From the IMG/VR virus record IMGVR_UViG_3300026493_000016, positions 81,873 to 145,872 of that record: a DNA stretch of 64,000 nucleotides; one strand, written 5' to 3'. The position numbers and the translations under genes were made by a program. Positions 1 through 8,435 of this stretch are shown in pieces. Origin of the DNA: a virus. The notes beneath the pieces are model-generated. The model was given only the letters and a program-made list of their open reading frames with translations. It searched no databases and was not told where the DNA came from. The number at the start of each line of letters is the position of its first letter. Within the stretch, counting starts at the first letter, position 1.

Positions 1-329
1 ATCCAAGTGATAAATGTATCGGTTAACATGTCACTCAGCTCGTGTCTCATATCCATTGACACTCCTGATAAGAACCCTTCTGCAAACTCACCGCACTGGT
101 CATATACATCTTCTTGCACTTCATCGATAGCGTGGTCACCACAAACACCAATAGACGGTTCAGAAACCTTTCCTACAAACAACGCTGTCCAACCCATCTC
201 AGTAGCATGCCTTACTCCCTCTAAAATAGCCTCTTCACGAGAATCAAACATATCATTACCCCAGTAGTCACATGACTGATGATTAAATGTCCATTGCTCT
301 TTTTCACTTACTGCTTTTAACTGGTCCAT
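1..329 (-). CDS. Hypothetical protein (partial, runs off window; MDQLKAVSEKEQWTFNHQS...)
   Basis: ATG at 329 after AAGGAGG SD; frame open to window edge; lies just downstream of promoter 384-412. Confidence 0.85.
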   Translation of the reverse strand, partial: MDQLKAVSEKEQWTFNHQSCDYWGNDMFDSREEAILEGVRHATEMGWTALFVGKVSEPSIGVCGDHAIDEVQEDVYDQCGEFAEGFLSGVSMDMRHELSDMLTDTFITW

Positions 330-355
330 TCTAACTCCTCCTTGTTTACGGCAAT

Positions 356-388
356 AAAAAAGTAGATACCGTTTATAGTATCTACTTT
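356..388 (-). terminator. Intrinsic terminator after 428..940
   Basis: AAAGTAGATAC-8nt-GTATCTACTTT followed by T run on minus strand. Confidence 0.85.
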
Positions 389-412
389 ATCACACTCTAT
401 TAATTTTGTCAA
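384..412 (-). promoter_or_regulatory. Sigma-A type promoter
   Basis: TTGACA-17bp-TAAAGT with TG extended -10. Confidence 0.8.
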
Positions 413-427
413 CTACTAAATTTAATA

Positions 428-940
428 TTAACCTTGTTCTCCTGTGCCACCTTCAGTTTCTCCGCCGCCTTCTGGTGGTGTAGCAGGTGTTGATTCGACT
501 GTTGTTTCTTCGATACGGAAGTCATTAACTCCAAGAGATAATGTGCTGTCAGCGAAGTCTAGGAATGCAAGAACCATCTCTTTATCTACGTTATCTGCTG
601 CGACATCCACGTATACGTCAAAACCAGTACCATTGTATCCTTGGCGACCATTTGTGTTCTGACCAAGAGCAAATACGATTTTTGTTCCATCAACGTAAAC
701 AACTGGTTCAGTTTCTTTAAACTTCAATTCTTGTGCCTCATGGTCAATGTACGCAGGTAGGATAGATTTCTTTCCAGCTACTGTCGCTACTTTAAACACT
801 AATTGACCTTGAGCTAGTGAGGTAGTATCCCCAATAGATGGTAAGTACCCTTCGCTACGAATATGTGCGAATAAGATATCACCGTCTGATAGTTTTGCTG
901 TTTCGCTTTTTAAGAACTCCGATACTTTAACAATTGCCAT
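428..940 (-). CDS. Putative virion/tail-associated structural protein
   Basis: Position after sigma factor/holin as in herelleviruses; beta-rich body with Pro/Gly/Glu tail; downstream of late-type motif. Confidence 0.5.
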   Translation of the reverse strand: MAIVKVSEFLKSETAKLSDGDILFAHIRSEGYLPSIGDTTSLAQGQLVFKVATVAGKKSILPAYIDHEAQELKFKETEPVVYVDGTKIVFALGQNTNGRQGYNGTGFDVYVDVAADNVDKEMVLAFLDFADSTLSLGVNDFRIEETTVESTPATPPEGGGETEGGTGEQG

Positions 941-1233
941 TATTTAGTCTCTCCTTTTTCTAGTTCAATTTGTTTTGCTGCGTGTTCTCGTAATCGTGCT
1001 TGTTTTGTTACTGCGTTATTTTTCCAAGCCATCTGACTAGCTGAACCGAACAACAGGACTGCGGATACAATATCGTACGTTACGTTTTGGTCAATTTCTA
1101 ATCCTAACTCATGTCCGCATAAGCGAGCAATAGCGTTAATTAGTGCAACACCGAAAACGATGAAACGAACAATCGTGGCAGCACCAATCTTAGGCGCGGA
1201 CTCAGGTACAAATACTTCGTGTTTATTTTCCAT
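940..1233 (-). CDS. Holin, SPP1 family
   Basis: Two TM segments with TIVRFI...ALINAI and WKNNAVT motifs typical of SPP1-family holins. Confidence 0.85.
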   Translation of the reverse strand: MENKHEVFVPESAPKIGAATIVRFIVFGVALINAIARLCGHELGLEIDQNVTYDIVSAVLLFGSASQMAWKNNAVTKQARLREHAAKQIELEKGETK

Positions 1234-1259
1234 TTATATCATCCTCACTTTCTACTATC

Positions 1260-1269
1260 TAATATAGCG
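1260..1269 (-). promoter_or_regulatory. Late-type -10-only promoter motif
   Basis: CGCTATATTA upstream of holin, matching the motif before tail genes. Confidence 0.6.
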
Positions 1270-1270
1270 C

Positions 1271-1591
1271 TTAGTGTATTTCGATGTCAGACACTAACCT
1301 ACTAGACCAGTAAACACGTGCTACGGAATCACTAGGGGTTACGATATCGAACCACCTACCAGCAACATCTCTACCTTCTGCAACAATACCACACGTCACA
1401 TCGGCGTAGTCTAGATAACCGATTATGAAGTGAGTTGGTACTTCGTCATCCTCATCAGGAACTAGCTTAACCTCTTTCACATCAGCGGAACCGTTATACG
1501 AATCGATTGCATCTTCTACAACTTCTTTAACCTGCTCTTCTGTCCAGTTATCTACGTCAAACCATACATCTACAGTCACCCGTGCTTTCAT
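1271..1591 (-). CDS. Hypothetical protein
   Basis: 106-aa ORF coupled to the sigma gene. Confidence 0.7.
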   Translation of the reverse strand: MKARVTVDVWFDVDNWTEEQVKEVVEDAIDSYNGSADVKEVKLVPDEDDEVPTHFIIGYLDYADVTCGIVAEGRDVAGRWFDIVTPSDSVARVYWSSRLVSDIEIH

Positions 1592-2235
1592 CCGTTTCGC
1601 TCCTTTATCATATCGTGTAGTCTAGTTCGTAACAGCTCTTTCAAGTCTGCGAGCTTCTCTTCTATGAGCAATGCAGGTACTGCACCATCTCTAGCGTACT
1701 TAGCTACTAGAATCTTAATGATGTAGCTATCTGTATTCTCACGAACTAGCAATGTTAAGATATCTCTATCAATCTCGTCTAGTTTAACTCCGTATAACGC
1801 AGCCTCTAGTACTTCCATTTCTTCTAGTAATGAATCCATAGATTCGTTCATCTCTATTAAATCCGTCACATCGAAATCATGTTTCGTAGTGAATACGCGG
1901 CTCTTGTCTCTATAGTTATTCTTGATGAAGCTGTTCTTGACACGGAGCTTTAACTTGTTATCTACGTAGAACGGGAAGTCTACCGGACCATTAATATCAT
2001 ACTCCTTAACCAGTCGTAGAAACTGCTCAGATATATATGACATCAACTCTGCTCTAGTAGCTTCATCTGGGATGTATCCTTTATACTTGTTGTACACTGA
2101 CACTCTCAGATTCTTGTATTGGTGAAATAGTTGCTCTGGGTCCCGCGAGAACACACCGTTAGTCTCCTCAACATTCTTAAGGAACCCAGCACCATTTAAA
2201 ATCTTATTTGCTTCTTTTTCTAGGTCTCTACTCAT
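1588..2235 (-). CDS. Phage RNA polymerase sigma factor
   Basis: Region 2-like segment (ELMSYISEQFLRLVKEYD...DFPFYV) and C-terminal region 4-like helices; herellevirus position after recA. Confidence 0.8.
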   Translation of the reverse strand: MSRDLEKEANKILNGAGFLKNVEETNGVFSRDPEQLFHQYKNLRVSVYNKYKGYIPDEATRAELMSYISEQFLRLVKEYDINGPVDFPFYVDNKLKLRVKNSFIKNNYRDKSRVFTTKHDFDVTDLIEMNESMDSLLEEMEVLEAALYGVKLDEIDRDILTLLVRENTDSYIIKILVAKYARDGAVPALLIEEKLADLKELLRTRLHDMIKERNG

Positions 2236-2246
2236 CTAAACCACGT

Positions 2247-2606
2247 TTAGAATCCATCCGGCAACATTCCTTTCGATATTGTTTTTACACCCGTCTTCTT
2301 ACACAAGATATCTGAGTAATGGATTGTTTGAGGTATCTTGACTAACTCCCCTTCAATGTATCCTTCAGCGTACCCTGTAGCCCATCTATCGAATGCCTTT
2401 GTGAGATGCATAACAGACGTTTGAACAGCATAAGCTGTCTTTACTTCTACTATAACAGGTAGTTTCTTAGAAATCAAATGTTGCATTTCTGTTTTCACTA
2501 CTGCATATGAAGTTGGGGCTTCATAAGGTGTGATTTCTAATCGCTCTCTGTACGTTTCTAGTAATTCTGTTACTAAGTCCATATTTGATGCTTTGGTTAC
2601 TTTCAT
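2247..2606 (-). CDS. Conserved herellevirus hypothetical protein
   Basis: 119-aa ORF with SD between recA and sigma. Confidence 0.75.
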   Translation of the reverse strand: MKVTKASNMDLVTELLETYRERLEITPYEAPTSYAVVKTEMQHLISKKLPVIVEVKTAYAVQTSVMHLTKAFDRWATGYAEGYIEGELVKIPQTIHYSDILCKKTGVKTISKGMLPDGF

Positions 2607-2620
2607 CCAACCCCTCCTTA

Positions 2621-2650
2621 AAAAATCAAGAGAGAGGAACCCCTCTCTCT
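2621..2650 (-). terminator. Hairpin/possible terminator after recA
   Basis: AGAGAGAGG-GGTT-CCTCTCTCT then TGATTTTT. Confidence 0.55.
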
Positions 2651-3896
2651 ATAACTCTAGTACTGCATTTAATTTTTCTGAGTCAATCTCACTTAACTCA
2701 TCATCGTCGTCTTCTGGAGCTTCCTCATCCGGTGTGATATCACTGATATCGTAGATAGGGTCAATCCAGTTGTCTAACTTAAGGATTTCATTGTTAGATG
2801 CTGGGAATGGTTCCCCTCGACTACCAAACTCTTCCCAGATTAGACGATTTAGAAGTTCGGCACGTACTTTGTTACCTTCCTCTTCATTTCGTAACCAATC
2901 TAAGAATCTAGCTGTCTGCATCTTGTGTTCGTTACCCTTAAGGTCAACGTAAATGTAACTTTGACCAGATTGTTTAGCGATACCACAATCGATAGCTTGA
3001 TGAACCATGTTGTACTCATAATCGAAACCAGTGTCAGCGATTAAGTAGATATCCTCTTCCTGCATTGGTCGAGCTACTTTGTTTTTACGGGTACGAATAC
3101 CTGCGATATGTCCAATACGCTCTTCCTTACCTTTGATTGTCTTCTTAATAGCTTTCTTCTGTTTAACTTCCCATCGTTGAGACATTGCGTGTTCCCAAGC
3201 TTTACCGCCAGGGGTTTTGTATTGTTTTACAAAGCTCATACCACCGATATCATCACGAACTTGGTTAATCCCGATGAACATTGCCTTAGACTCTGCAATC
3301 AATGGAGATAACTTCGTACATAACTGTGCTAGTGCGTTGGCTCGTGAGCCGACATCTTTCTCACCGAAGTCTTTTTCGTACTGGACCATAGATGGTGTTT
3401 GTCCTAATGAGTCCCAGATGTAAACGATTGGACGATTAGGTGCTTTCTCTTCGAAAGTTTTAAGTGTCTTGGCTACTGTTTTACCAACTTCCTCAATCGT
3501 TAATGGTCGACCAGCTTTAGCGTCTGGTTCTTTAATCATAATCTTCTTAGTGTTGATACCTAGAGTAGTTAGTCGGACCTTATCGCTCGTACCCTCTACA
3601 TCAATTAGAACTACAATACAACCTAACGCGGATGCTACACGTGCGATGTGATGTGTCATAGTTGATTTACCACCTGATGGGATACCTGCAATCTCAATCA
3701 TACGTCCGAACGGTAACCCTCCACCTAACGCTCTATCTAAGCGTGGGAAGAATGTCGGTAACCAGTCTTTTACTTCCGCGAAACCAGAGTCTTGTAGTAA
3801 TACCAGACCATCAGATTCACTTGTCAACTCACTCATATCGAAGTCTGCGGATAAATCTAAAATAGGTCCTTTACCTTTAACTTTAACTTTTGCCAT
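2649..3896 (-). CDS. recA: RecA/UvsX-like recombinase
   Basis: LDRALGGGLPFGRMIEIAG, Walker A GIPSGGKST, Walker B IWDS, INQVR, TPGGKA, KNKVA. Confidence 0.95.
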   Translation of the reverse strand: MAKVKVKGKGPILDLSADFDMSELTSESDGLVLLQDSGFAEVKDWLPTFFPRLDRALGGGLPFGRMIEIAGIPSGGKSTMTHHIARVASALGCIVVLIDVEGTSDKVRLTTLGINTKKIMIKEPDAKAGRPLTIEEVGKTVAKTLKTFEEKAPNRPIVYIWDSLGQTPSMVQYEKDFGEKDVGSRANALAQLCTKLSPLIAESKAMFIGINQVRDDIGGMSFVKQYKTPGGKAWEHAMSQRWEVKQKKAIKKTIKGKEERIGHIAGIRTRKNKVARPMQEEDIYLIADTGFDYEYNMVHQAIDCGIAKQSGQSYIYVDLKGNEHKMQTARFLDWLRNEEEGNKVRAELLNRLIWEEFGSRGEPFPASNNEILKLDNWIDPIYDISDITPDEEAPEDDDDELSEIDSEKLNAVLEL

Positions 3897-3954
3897 TTAA
3901 TTTCCTCCTAATGTTGTATTTCCTCCGAAGAGGAGAGTAGGTATTACCCTACTC

Positions 3955-5019
3955 TTACAGTCCCGCCTCGTCAATCAATGCATCGATGTCGACAGCATCT
4001 AAATCGTTAAGGTCGATTTCTGTATCATTAAGAGGTGTCTCTAAGTCAACGCCTTCTAGGTCATCTACTTTAACTTCTTCTGTTTTTACAGGAGCTGCTT
4101 TGACAGGTTGAGTTGCTGTAGTTGCCGCTTGAGTTTGATAAGGGTTTGTAGCTTGTGCTGTGTTTGCTGGTGTTACTGGTTGGTTAGTAGTAGCAGGTGC
4201 TGATTGACCACCTTCTTTGGGAACATTTGAATCAGGGTCGTTACTGTTTTTCCCTTCCAATACATCCGCAAATCGTTGCACCCAGTTTAGTCCATTCTCT
4301 AATAACTCAGTTGCACGACCATGGAACGATAAATCTTCCAATTCATTCTGCCATCCTTCACCTAATGGAGGTAGCTGGTTTTGGTAAACTGTAACAGGTG
4401 CTTCCATTTGACCTTGTTTAGGCTTCTGGATTAAGACTGGTGAACCCGCATTAGGGTCTAAGAATGACAATTGACGACCGCCAGCTAAACGCTTATCAGT
4501 TAATGATGAATTGATAGTTTTCATAGCTGAGTGAGGTACATCGAATAATCGAACAACTAACTTACCCTTCTCGTCTCGCTCTTGTTTTTGAGTTCCATCT
4601 GGATTCTCAATGATTTTAACACAGTTAACTGTGAAGAACTGCTTAGGTTTTTGTTGTCCGCCGAATGGAGTAGGAATCATCTCCTTAGCTGTCCATTCGT
4701 CAATCTTAGCATCCAAGAATAAGCTACCGTCTTTCTTACCTGTTAATGTAAAAGTATTAGATAGTTTCTTTTGGTTCTTAGTTGTTGCTTGTAAGAAGAT
4801 TTTACGGCAGTGTTCTGCAAATTTACCATATAAATCAGCCGATGGTAAGATTTGAATGAATACTTCCGGTTCGTCCTTGCTTAAGAATAGACGTTTATGT
4901 TTAGCTGTAGGATAAACAACCTTAGGGTTGTTACCACTGTTACCAGAACCTCCACGTCCACCTCCAGAACCTTCTAATTCCTTACGTTGTTGTTCAATAA
5001 TATCTGCAAAGTTTACCAT
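3955..5019 (-). CDS. Single-stranded DNA-binding protein (gp32-like)
   Basis: Position upstream of recA; IQILPS and VRLFDV motifs; A/T/P/Q linker and acidic tail DIDALIDEAGL. Confidence 0.8.
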   Translation of the reverse strand: MVNFADIIEQQRKELEGSGGGRGGSGNSGNNPKVVYPTAKHKRLFLSKDEPEVFIQILPSADLYGKFAEHCRKIFLQATTKNQKKLSNTFTLTGKKDGSLFLDAKIDEWTAKEMIPTPFGGQQKPKQFFTVNCVKIIENPDGTQKQERDEKGKLVVRLFDVPHSAMKTINSSLTDKRLAGGRQLSFLDPNAGSPVLIQKPKQGQMEAPVTVYQNQLPPLGEGWQNELEDLSFHGRATELLENGLNWVQRFADVLEGKNSNDPDSNVPKEGGQSAPATTNQPVTPANTAQATNPYQTQAATTATQPVKAAPVKTEEVKVDDLEGVDLETPLNDTEIDLNDLDAVDIDALIDEAGL

Positions 5020-5172
5020 TATTCATTTCTCCCTTGTTTTATAATTTTTGGTTTTTTACGTCCTCTTTGGGACAGCTGTTTAAAAGGGTTTAGCTACCTT
5101 TTTTCATCTCTCTGTACCTCTACCCTCCTTTAGTAGTTTGTAAGAATCCCTTCTTACTATTTCTATATACCA
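5020..5172 (-). promoter_or_regulatory. ssb promoter (TGGTATATAG) and structured 5' leader (hairpin, uORF MKKGS, pseudoknot, A-rich run)
   Basis: Complementary segments read directly from sequence; see findings. Confidence 0.55.
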
Positions 5173-5192
5173 TCAATCTATCAAAAAGGTAA

Positions 5193-5363
5193 CTACATTG
5201 TGGTATTTTTTAATTTACTTTCTAAATACTCTAATGCCCACTCGGAACCATCATCAGATAAAGCATAGTCTACTACTTTATCGATAATACATTCGATAGC
5301 TTCATCTCGTGTATACTCATCTGCGTTGTACATATTAATCGTTCTTTGGACTTCGTATAACAT
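5193..5363 (-). CDS. Hypothetical 56-aa protein (MLYEVQRTINMYNADEY...), not in ORF track
   Basis: Open frame with GGAGGGGCAGGTG upstream; fills an otherwise empty gap. Confidence 0.6.
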   Translation of the reverse strand: MLYEVQRTINMYNADEYTRDEAIECIIDKVVDYALSDDGSEWALEYLESKLKNTTM

Positions 5364-5479
5364 GGTAATTCACCTGCCCCTCCGCAGTTGTCGCACACTG
5401 CATCATAACCTGTTCCATATCCAGAAAAGCCACTGCCACCACAGACAGTGCACTCCTCTGTAATTATTTTCTTATCCAT
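5273..5479 (-). CDS. DnaJ-type zinc-finger microprotein
   Basis: Two CxxCxGxG motifs (CTVCGGSG, CDNCGGAG). Confidence 0.65.
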   Translation of the reverse strand: MDKKIITEECTVCGGSGFSGYGTGYDAVCDNCGGAGELPCYTKSKERLICTTQMSIHEMKLSNVLSIK

Positions 5480-5880
5480 TATTTATCCCCACTAGTACGC
5501 AGCTTAATATCGGGGATAATCTCCTCTGGACGGAATACAACTTTGTAATGATATGCATCTTCGTATTTAGCATCTGTTTGTTCGATGAAGTAACTTACAT
5601 TGTCGCTAAGACCTAAGTAATGCTTCTTATACGTGTTGTCTTTTGTTTTACATGTTACAGTTACCTTCTTAGCGTCTGATGCATCCATAGCACATAACCC
5701 TTCAATAGATAACAGATACTTGTCTGTAATACCGTTGAAGAATACTACTCGGCGTTGCACCTCAAAATTATCTGCTGATTCTGATAGGTTCTTAGAAACA
5801 GTGTCTGCCTCATTGGAACATGCTGCCAATCCTGTTAACGCCATTAATGATATTAAACCTGCAATAATCTTCTTTTTCAT
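5479..5880 (-). CDS. Lipoprotein
   Basis: MKKK, hydrophobic core and lipobox LAAC; strong SD. Confidence 0.85.
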   Translation of the reverse strand: MKKKIIAGLISLMALTGLAACSNEADTVSKNLSESADNFEVQRRVVFFNGITDKYLLSIEGLCAMDASDAKKVTVTCKTKDNTYKKHYLGLSDNVSYFIEQTDAKYEDAYHYKVVFRPEEIIPDIKLRTSGDK

Positions 5881-5895
5881 AATAAACCCCTCCTA

Positions 5896-6126
5896 TTAGT
5901 TATCTAGTAAAGATAGTTCCTTTTGTATTCTAGTACTTTCTAAAATCTCTCTAGCTTTTCTAAGGTCATGTATAACGCTGTCGGGCTTCTTCGTACCGTC
6001 CATGTTGTGCGTACACTTCGTGCAGTTAGAAGATAATTCCCCATCTTCACATATACATACATCGTTCCACCCACCTTTATATATTGTCCCTCTATTGGTT
6101 GAATACGCTCCGTCGTAAGTGCTCAT
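5896..6126 (-). CDS. Hypothetical Cys-containing protein
   Basis: 76-aa ORF with CIC...CTKC. Confidence 0.65.
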   Translation of the reverse strand: MSTYDGAYSTNRGTIYKGGWNDVCICEDGELSSNCTKCTHNMDGTKKPDSVIHDLRKAREILESTRIQKELSLLDN

Positions 6127-6286
6127 AATTCTGTTTCGCCTCCAATTTAGGAATTACTAATTCTTCTATAAACATCTCACATAGCTGCATGTCTGTCATA
6201 TCTGGGAAGCATCCGTCCTGTTTTGCCTCCTGTGCAAGACGGTACGCGTACCCATAATAAAAGTACACCTTTTGCTCAGACGTCAT
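6092..6286 (-). CDS. Hypothetical protein (start revised to MTSEQKVY)
   Basis: ATG at 6286 directly after the stop of the UvsY-like gene. Confidence 0.6.
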   Translation of the reverse strand: MTSEQKVYFYYGYAYRLAQEAKQDGCFPDMTDMQLCEMFIEELVIPKLEAKQNYEHLRRSVFNQ

Positions 6287-6293
6287 CTGTTCT

Positions 6294-6782
6294 CTAATTG
6301 CCACTAAACACACTCCCCGCTTTATGTCCGTATTGTGAATCGTTAGCCAACTGCTTACCGATAGATTGAAGCATGTTGCTACGTTGTTCAAATGCCTTTA
6401 CAATACGAGATGTACGACCTAAAATCTGTTCAAATTCTATTACACGTTTACGCTGCTGGTCATATTCAGTTCGAGTCTTAATATAAGCATCGACGGCATC
6501 CTTTGTAGGTTTCTCGCTTTTGGCTTTGATTTCCGCTCTCGCTGCGGCGTCCAGCGTGGCTACTATCTGCTCTAGTTTTAGTTCTTGGCGTTCTAGTAGG
6601 TAACGTACTTTCTCGTGCAGAGCGGACCAATAGACGTATTTAACAGGTTGCTCTAACATCTCCTCCTGTAAGTTTACAGGGTTAATTTTTAACTCTTCTC
6701 GCAAATCGAACGATTCTACTAACCCGTTTGTATCTTTAATAGTAATCTCATCGAAATCGAGGAAATCTACTGGAATGTTCAC
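6294..6782 (-). CDS. UvsY-like recombination mediator
   Basis: Helical 162-aa protein with a KPTKDAVDAYI...AFEQRSNMLQS pattern; herellevirus position between polA and ssb. Confidence 0.65.
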   Translation of the reverse strand: MNIPVDFLDFDEITIKDTNGLVESFDLREELKINPVNLQEEMLEQPVKYVYWSALHEKVRYLLERQELKLEQIVATLDAAARAEIKAKSEKPTKDAVDAYIKTRTEYDQQRKRVIEFEQILGRTSRIVKAFEQRSNMLQSIGKQLANDSQYGHKAGSVFSGN

Positions 6783-7390
6783 TCGACATCCTCCTCTGGT
6801 TCTACGTAGTCTTGTAATAAACTGTAATCTAAGCTGTCTTTTAGAGGACCGTTACCTTCCTTTAGTGGTACAAAGTCAAACTTATCTAAGAAGTCTTCGA
6901 CATAAACCCAATACTTTACTAGCACTGATTTCCTGTCATAAAACTCAATACGGAATGCTTCGTTATCTTCCTCTACGATAACAACAACTTTCGTGTCAAA
7001 ACCACCGTCACGCTCGTCCTCGTAACCGTACCAGAATGTTAGATTTGTGTAAGCCACATGGTTCTCTAACAGGTCTTGCAAGATTCTTCGTTGTTCGCGA
7101 TAAATCTCACCTGTTCGCTCTAAGTTATCTCTTAATCTAGTTCTTAGTTTTAGAGTAGGTTTCTGTACAATGATAAACTTCTCTAATGCTTGTTCTACAG
7201 TCATTAACACATGTTCACCAGTTTCTGCTACTATTGTTCTAGCTCTATGTGCCTCTTTTATATCGGTGTCTAGTTTCTTTGCGATATCTTTTAGCAACAC
7301 ATTAGCCCAATGTGACTTAGCTAGTAGAACCTCTTTGTATACCTCATTCTTGACGAAATGTTCGTTTGTTTCACCAGTATACCTTAGCAT
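6779..7390 (-). CDS. Hypothetical protein (N-terminus paralogous to 7558..7833)
   Basis: YTGET...F.KN..Y motif. Confidence 0.75.
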   Translation of the reverse strand: MLRYTGETNEHFVKNEVYKEVLLAKSHWANVLLKDIAKKLDTDIKEAHRARTIVAETGEHVLMTVEQALEKFIIVQKPTLKLRTRLRDNLERTGEIYREQRRILQDLLENHVAYTNLTFWYGYEDERDGGFDTKVVVIVEEDNEAFRIEFYDRKSVLVKYWVYVEDFLDKFDFVPLKEGNGPLKDSLDYSLLQDYVEPEEDVE

Positions 7391-7545
7391 TCTTCTTCCT
7401 CCGTTTCCTCATCGTCATGCATGTACCAAAGGTCACAATCCTCCGGTGTTACGGGTAACAGTAGAAGGAACACACCTTTACTAATCTTTTTATCTACAAT
7501 ATCTTTATGCTTGTACATACACTCGTCGCAAATATGTCCGTACAT
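7384..7545 (-). CDS. Hypothetical 53-aa protein (MYGHICDECMYKH...), not in ORF track
   Basis: AAGGGGGAG SD; open frame; overlaps next start; CxxC and acidic tail. Confidence 0.7.
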   Translation of the reverse strand: MYGHICDECMYKHKDIVDKKISKGVFLLLLPVTPEDCDLWYMHDDEETEEEEC

Positions 7546-7557
7546 GTTAACTCCCCC

Positions 7558-7833
7558 TTATAAAATATAGAATACTTTTTGCCAATAACCGTTATCTACT
7601 ACTACTGGTCGTCCTTCTTCATCGATAAAGATAAGGTAGCCCTCTGTACTTTCTTCGTATTCATCATCCACGTCTGTCTCGTTCATTGTTTTTAAGAACT
7701 CTTCTTCGGTTAAGTTAGCCCACTCTGTGTGACATCGTTTAATAGATTGATAGATGTGATTCTTCTCAAACTGCACTACTTTCTTGCCATTTTCGACATA
7801 CCATTCAGTTTCTCCAGTATAAATAGCTTTCAT
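7558..7833 (-). CDS. Hypothetical protein
   Basis: 91-aa ORF with SD. Confidence 0.75.
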   Translation of the reverse strand: MKAIYTGETEWYVENGKKVVQFEKNHIYQSIKRCHTEWANLTEEEFLKTMNETDVDDEYEESTEGYLIFIDEEGRPVVVDNGYWQKVFYIL

Positions 7834-7834
7834 A

Positions 7835-8149
7835 TTAAATTTCCCCTTTCACTTTATCTTCGAATTTAATAACCCATTGGTCATCATCAACTTCTAAGAA
7901 GAATAACTCGGTCTTGATTATACTTGAATCTAACACCTCAGCTGTAGCCCTAGTAACGATGTACATAACACCGTCAATGTTAACTAATTTACCCTTTCTA
8001 AGGTCTTCATGAGATTTATCTGTAGTATGACCATACTTTATGATACCTTCATCCCCTCGTAAAACCCAAGAGTAGTTATACTCATCTCCTTTAAGTCTAA
8101 CCTCCGTTATCGTTAACCGTCTTTCTCTAGCTATATACACGCTACACAC
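7835..8149 (-). CDS. Hypothetical protein (paralog of 8142..8435)
   Basis: Shared SWVL...II..G...DG..YIV. Confidence 0.75.
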   Translation of the reverse strand: MCSVYIARERRLTITEVRLKGDEYNYSWVLRGDEGIIKYGHTTDKSHEDLRKGKLVNIDGVMYIVTRATAEVLDSSIIKTELFFLEVDDDQWVIKFEDKVKGEI

Positions 8150-8435
8150 TCCTATCCGATTTTAATAGTTCAGTAATTTCCCCACCGTGAATCGTGTTTA
8201 AGAATGTTGAAAACTTTGTTTCTCGTACGTTCATTAAACCTTGTAATCCAAAGCTCGTCCCTGATACGATATACCTTGTCCCATCCATAGTGTACGAGCG
8301 TCCTTGATTAAAAAAGAACTCCCCTCTTCCTTGGTCAATTATATTTTCATTCGCTTGCATCAATACCCAAGATGATTCTTTTGTTTCTTGGTGCTTAAAC
8401 TGTTTTAACGTTAGTTCTTGTCTGCAAGATGGCAT
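8142..8435 (-). CDS. Hypothetical protein (paralog of 7835..8149)
   Basis: Shared SWVL...II..G...DG..YIV; GGAGGAGG SD. Confidence 0.75.
   Translation of the reverse strand: MPSCRQELTLKQFKHQETKESSWVLMQANENIIDQGRGEFFFNQGRSYTMDGTRYIVSGTSFGLQGLMNVRETKFSTFLNTIHGGEITELLKSDRSV

Noticed and set aside
4080-4220. Repeat-like low-complexity DNA in ssb
   Set aside because: Encodes an Ala/Thr/Pro/Gln linker; no regular repeat unit and not a CRISPR array.
5073-5102. Call as a preQ1-I riboswitch
   Set aside because: Loop sequence is similar, but the A-rich L3 is only 4-5 nt and no queuosine-related gene is downstream. Kept only as an alternative to test with Rfam.
6287-6391. Long N-terminal extensions in the track (6391, 13920 and 17542 starts)
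   Set aside because: They overlap upstream genes; better-placed internal ATGs exist at 6286, 13869 and 17485.
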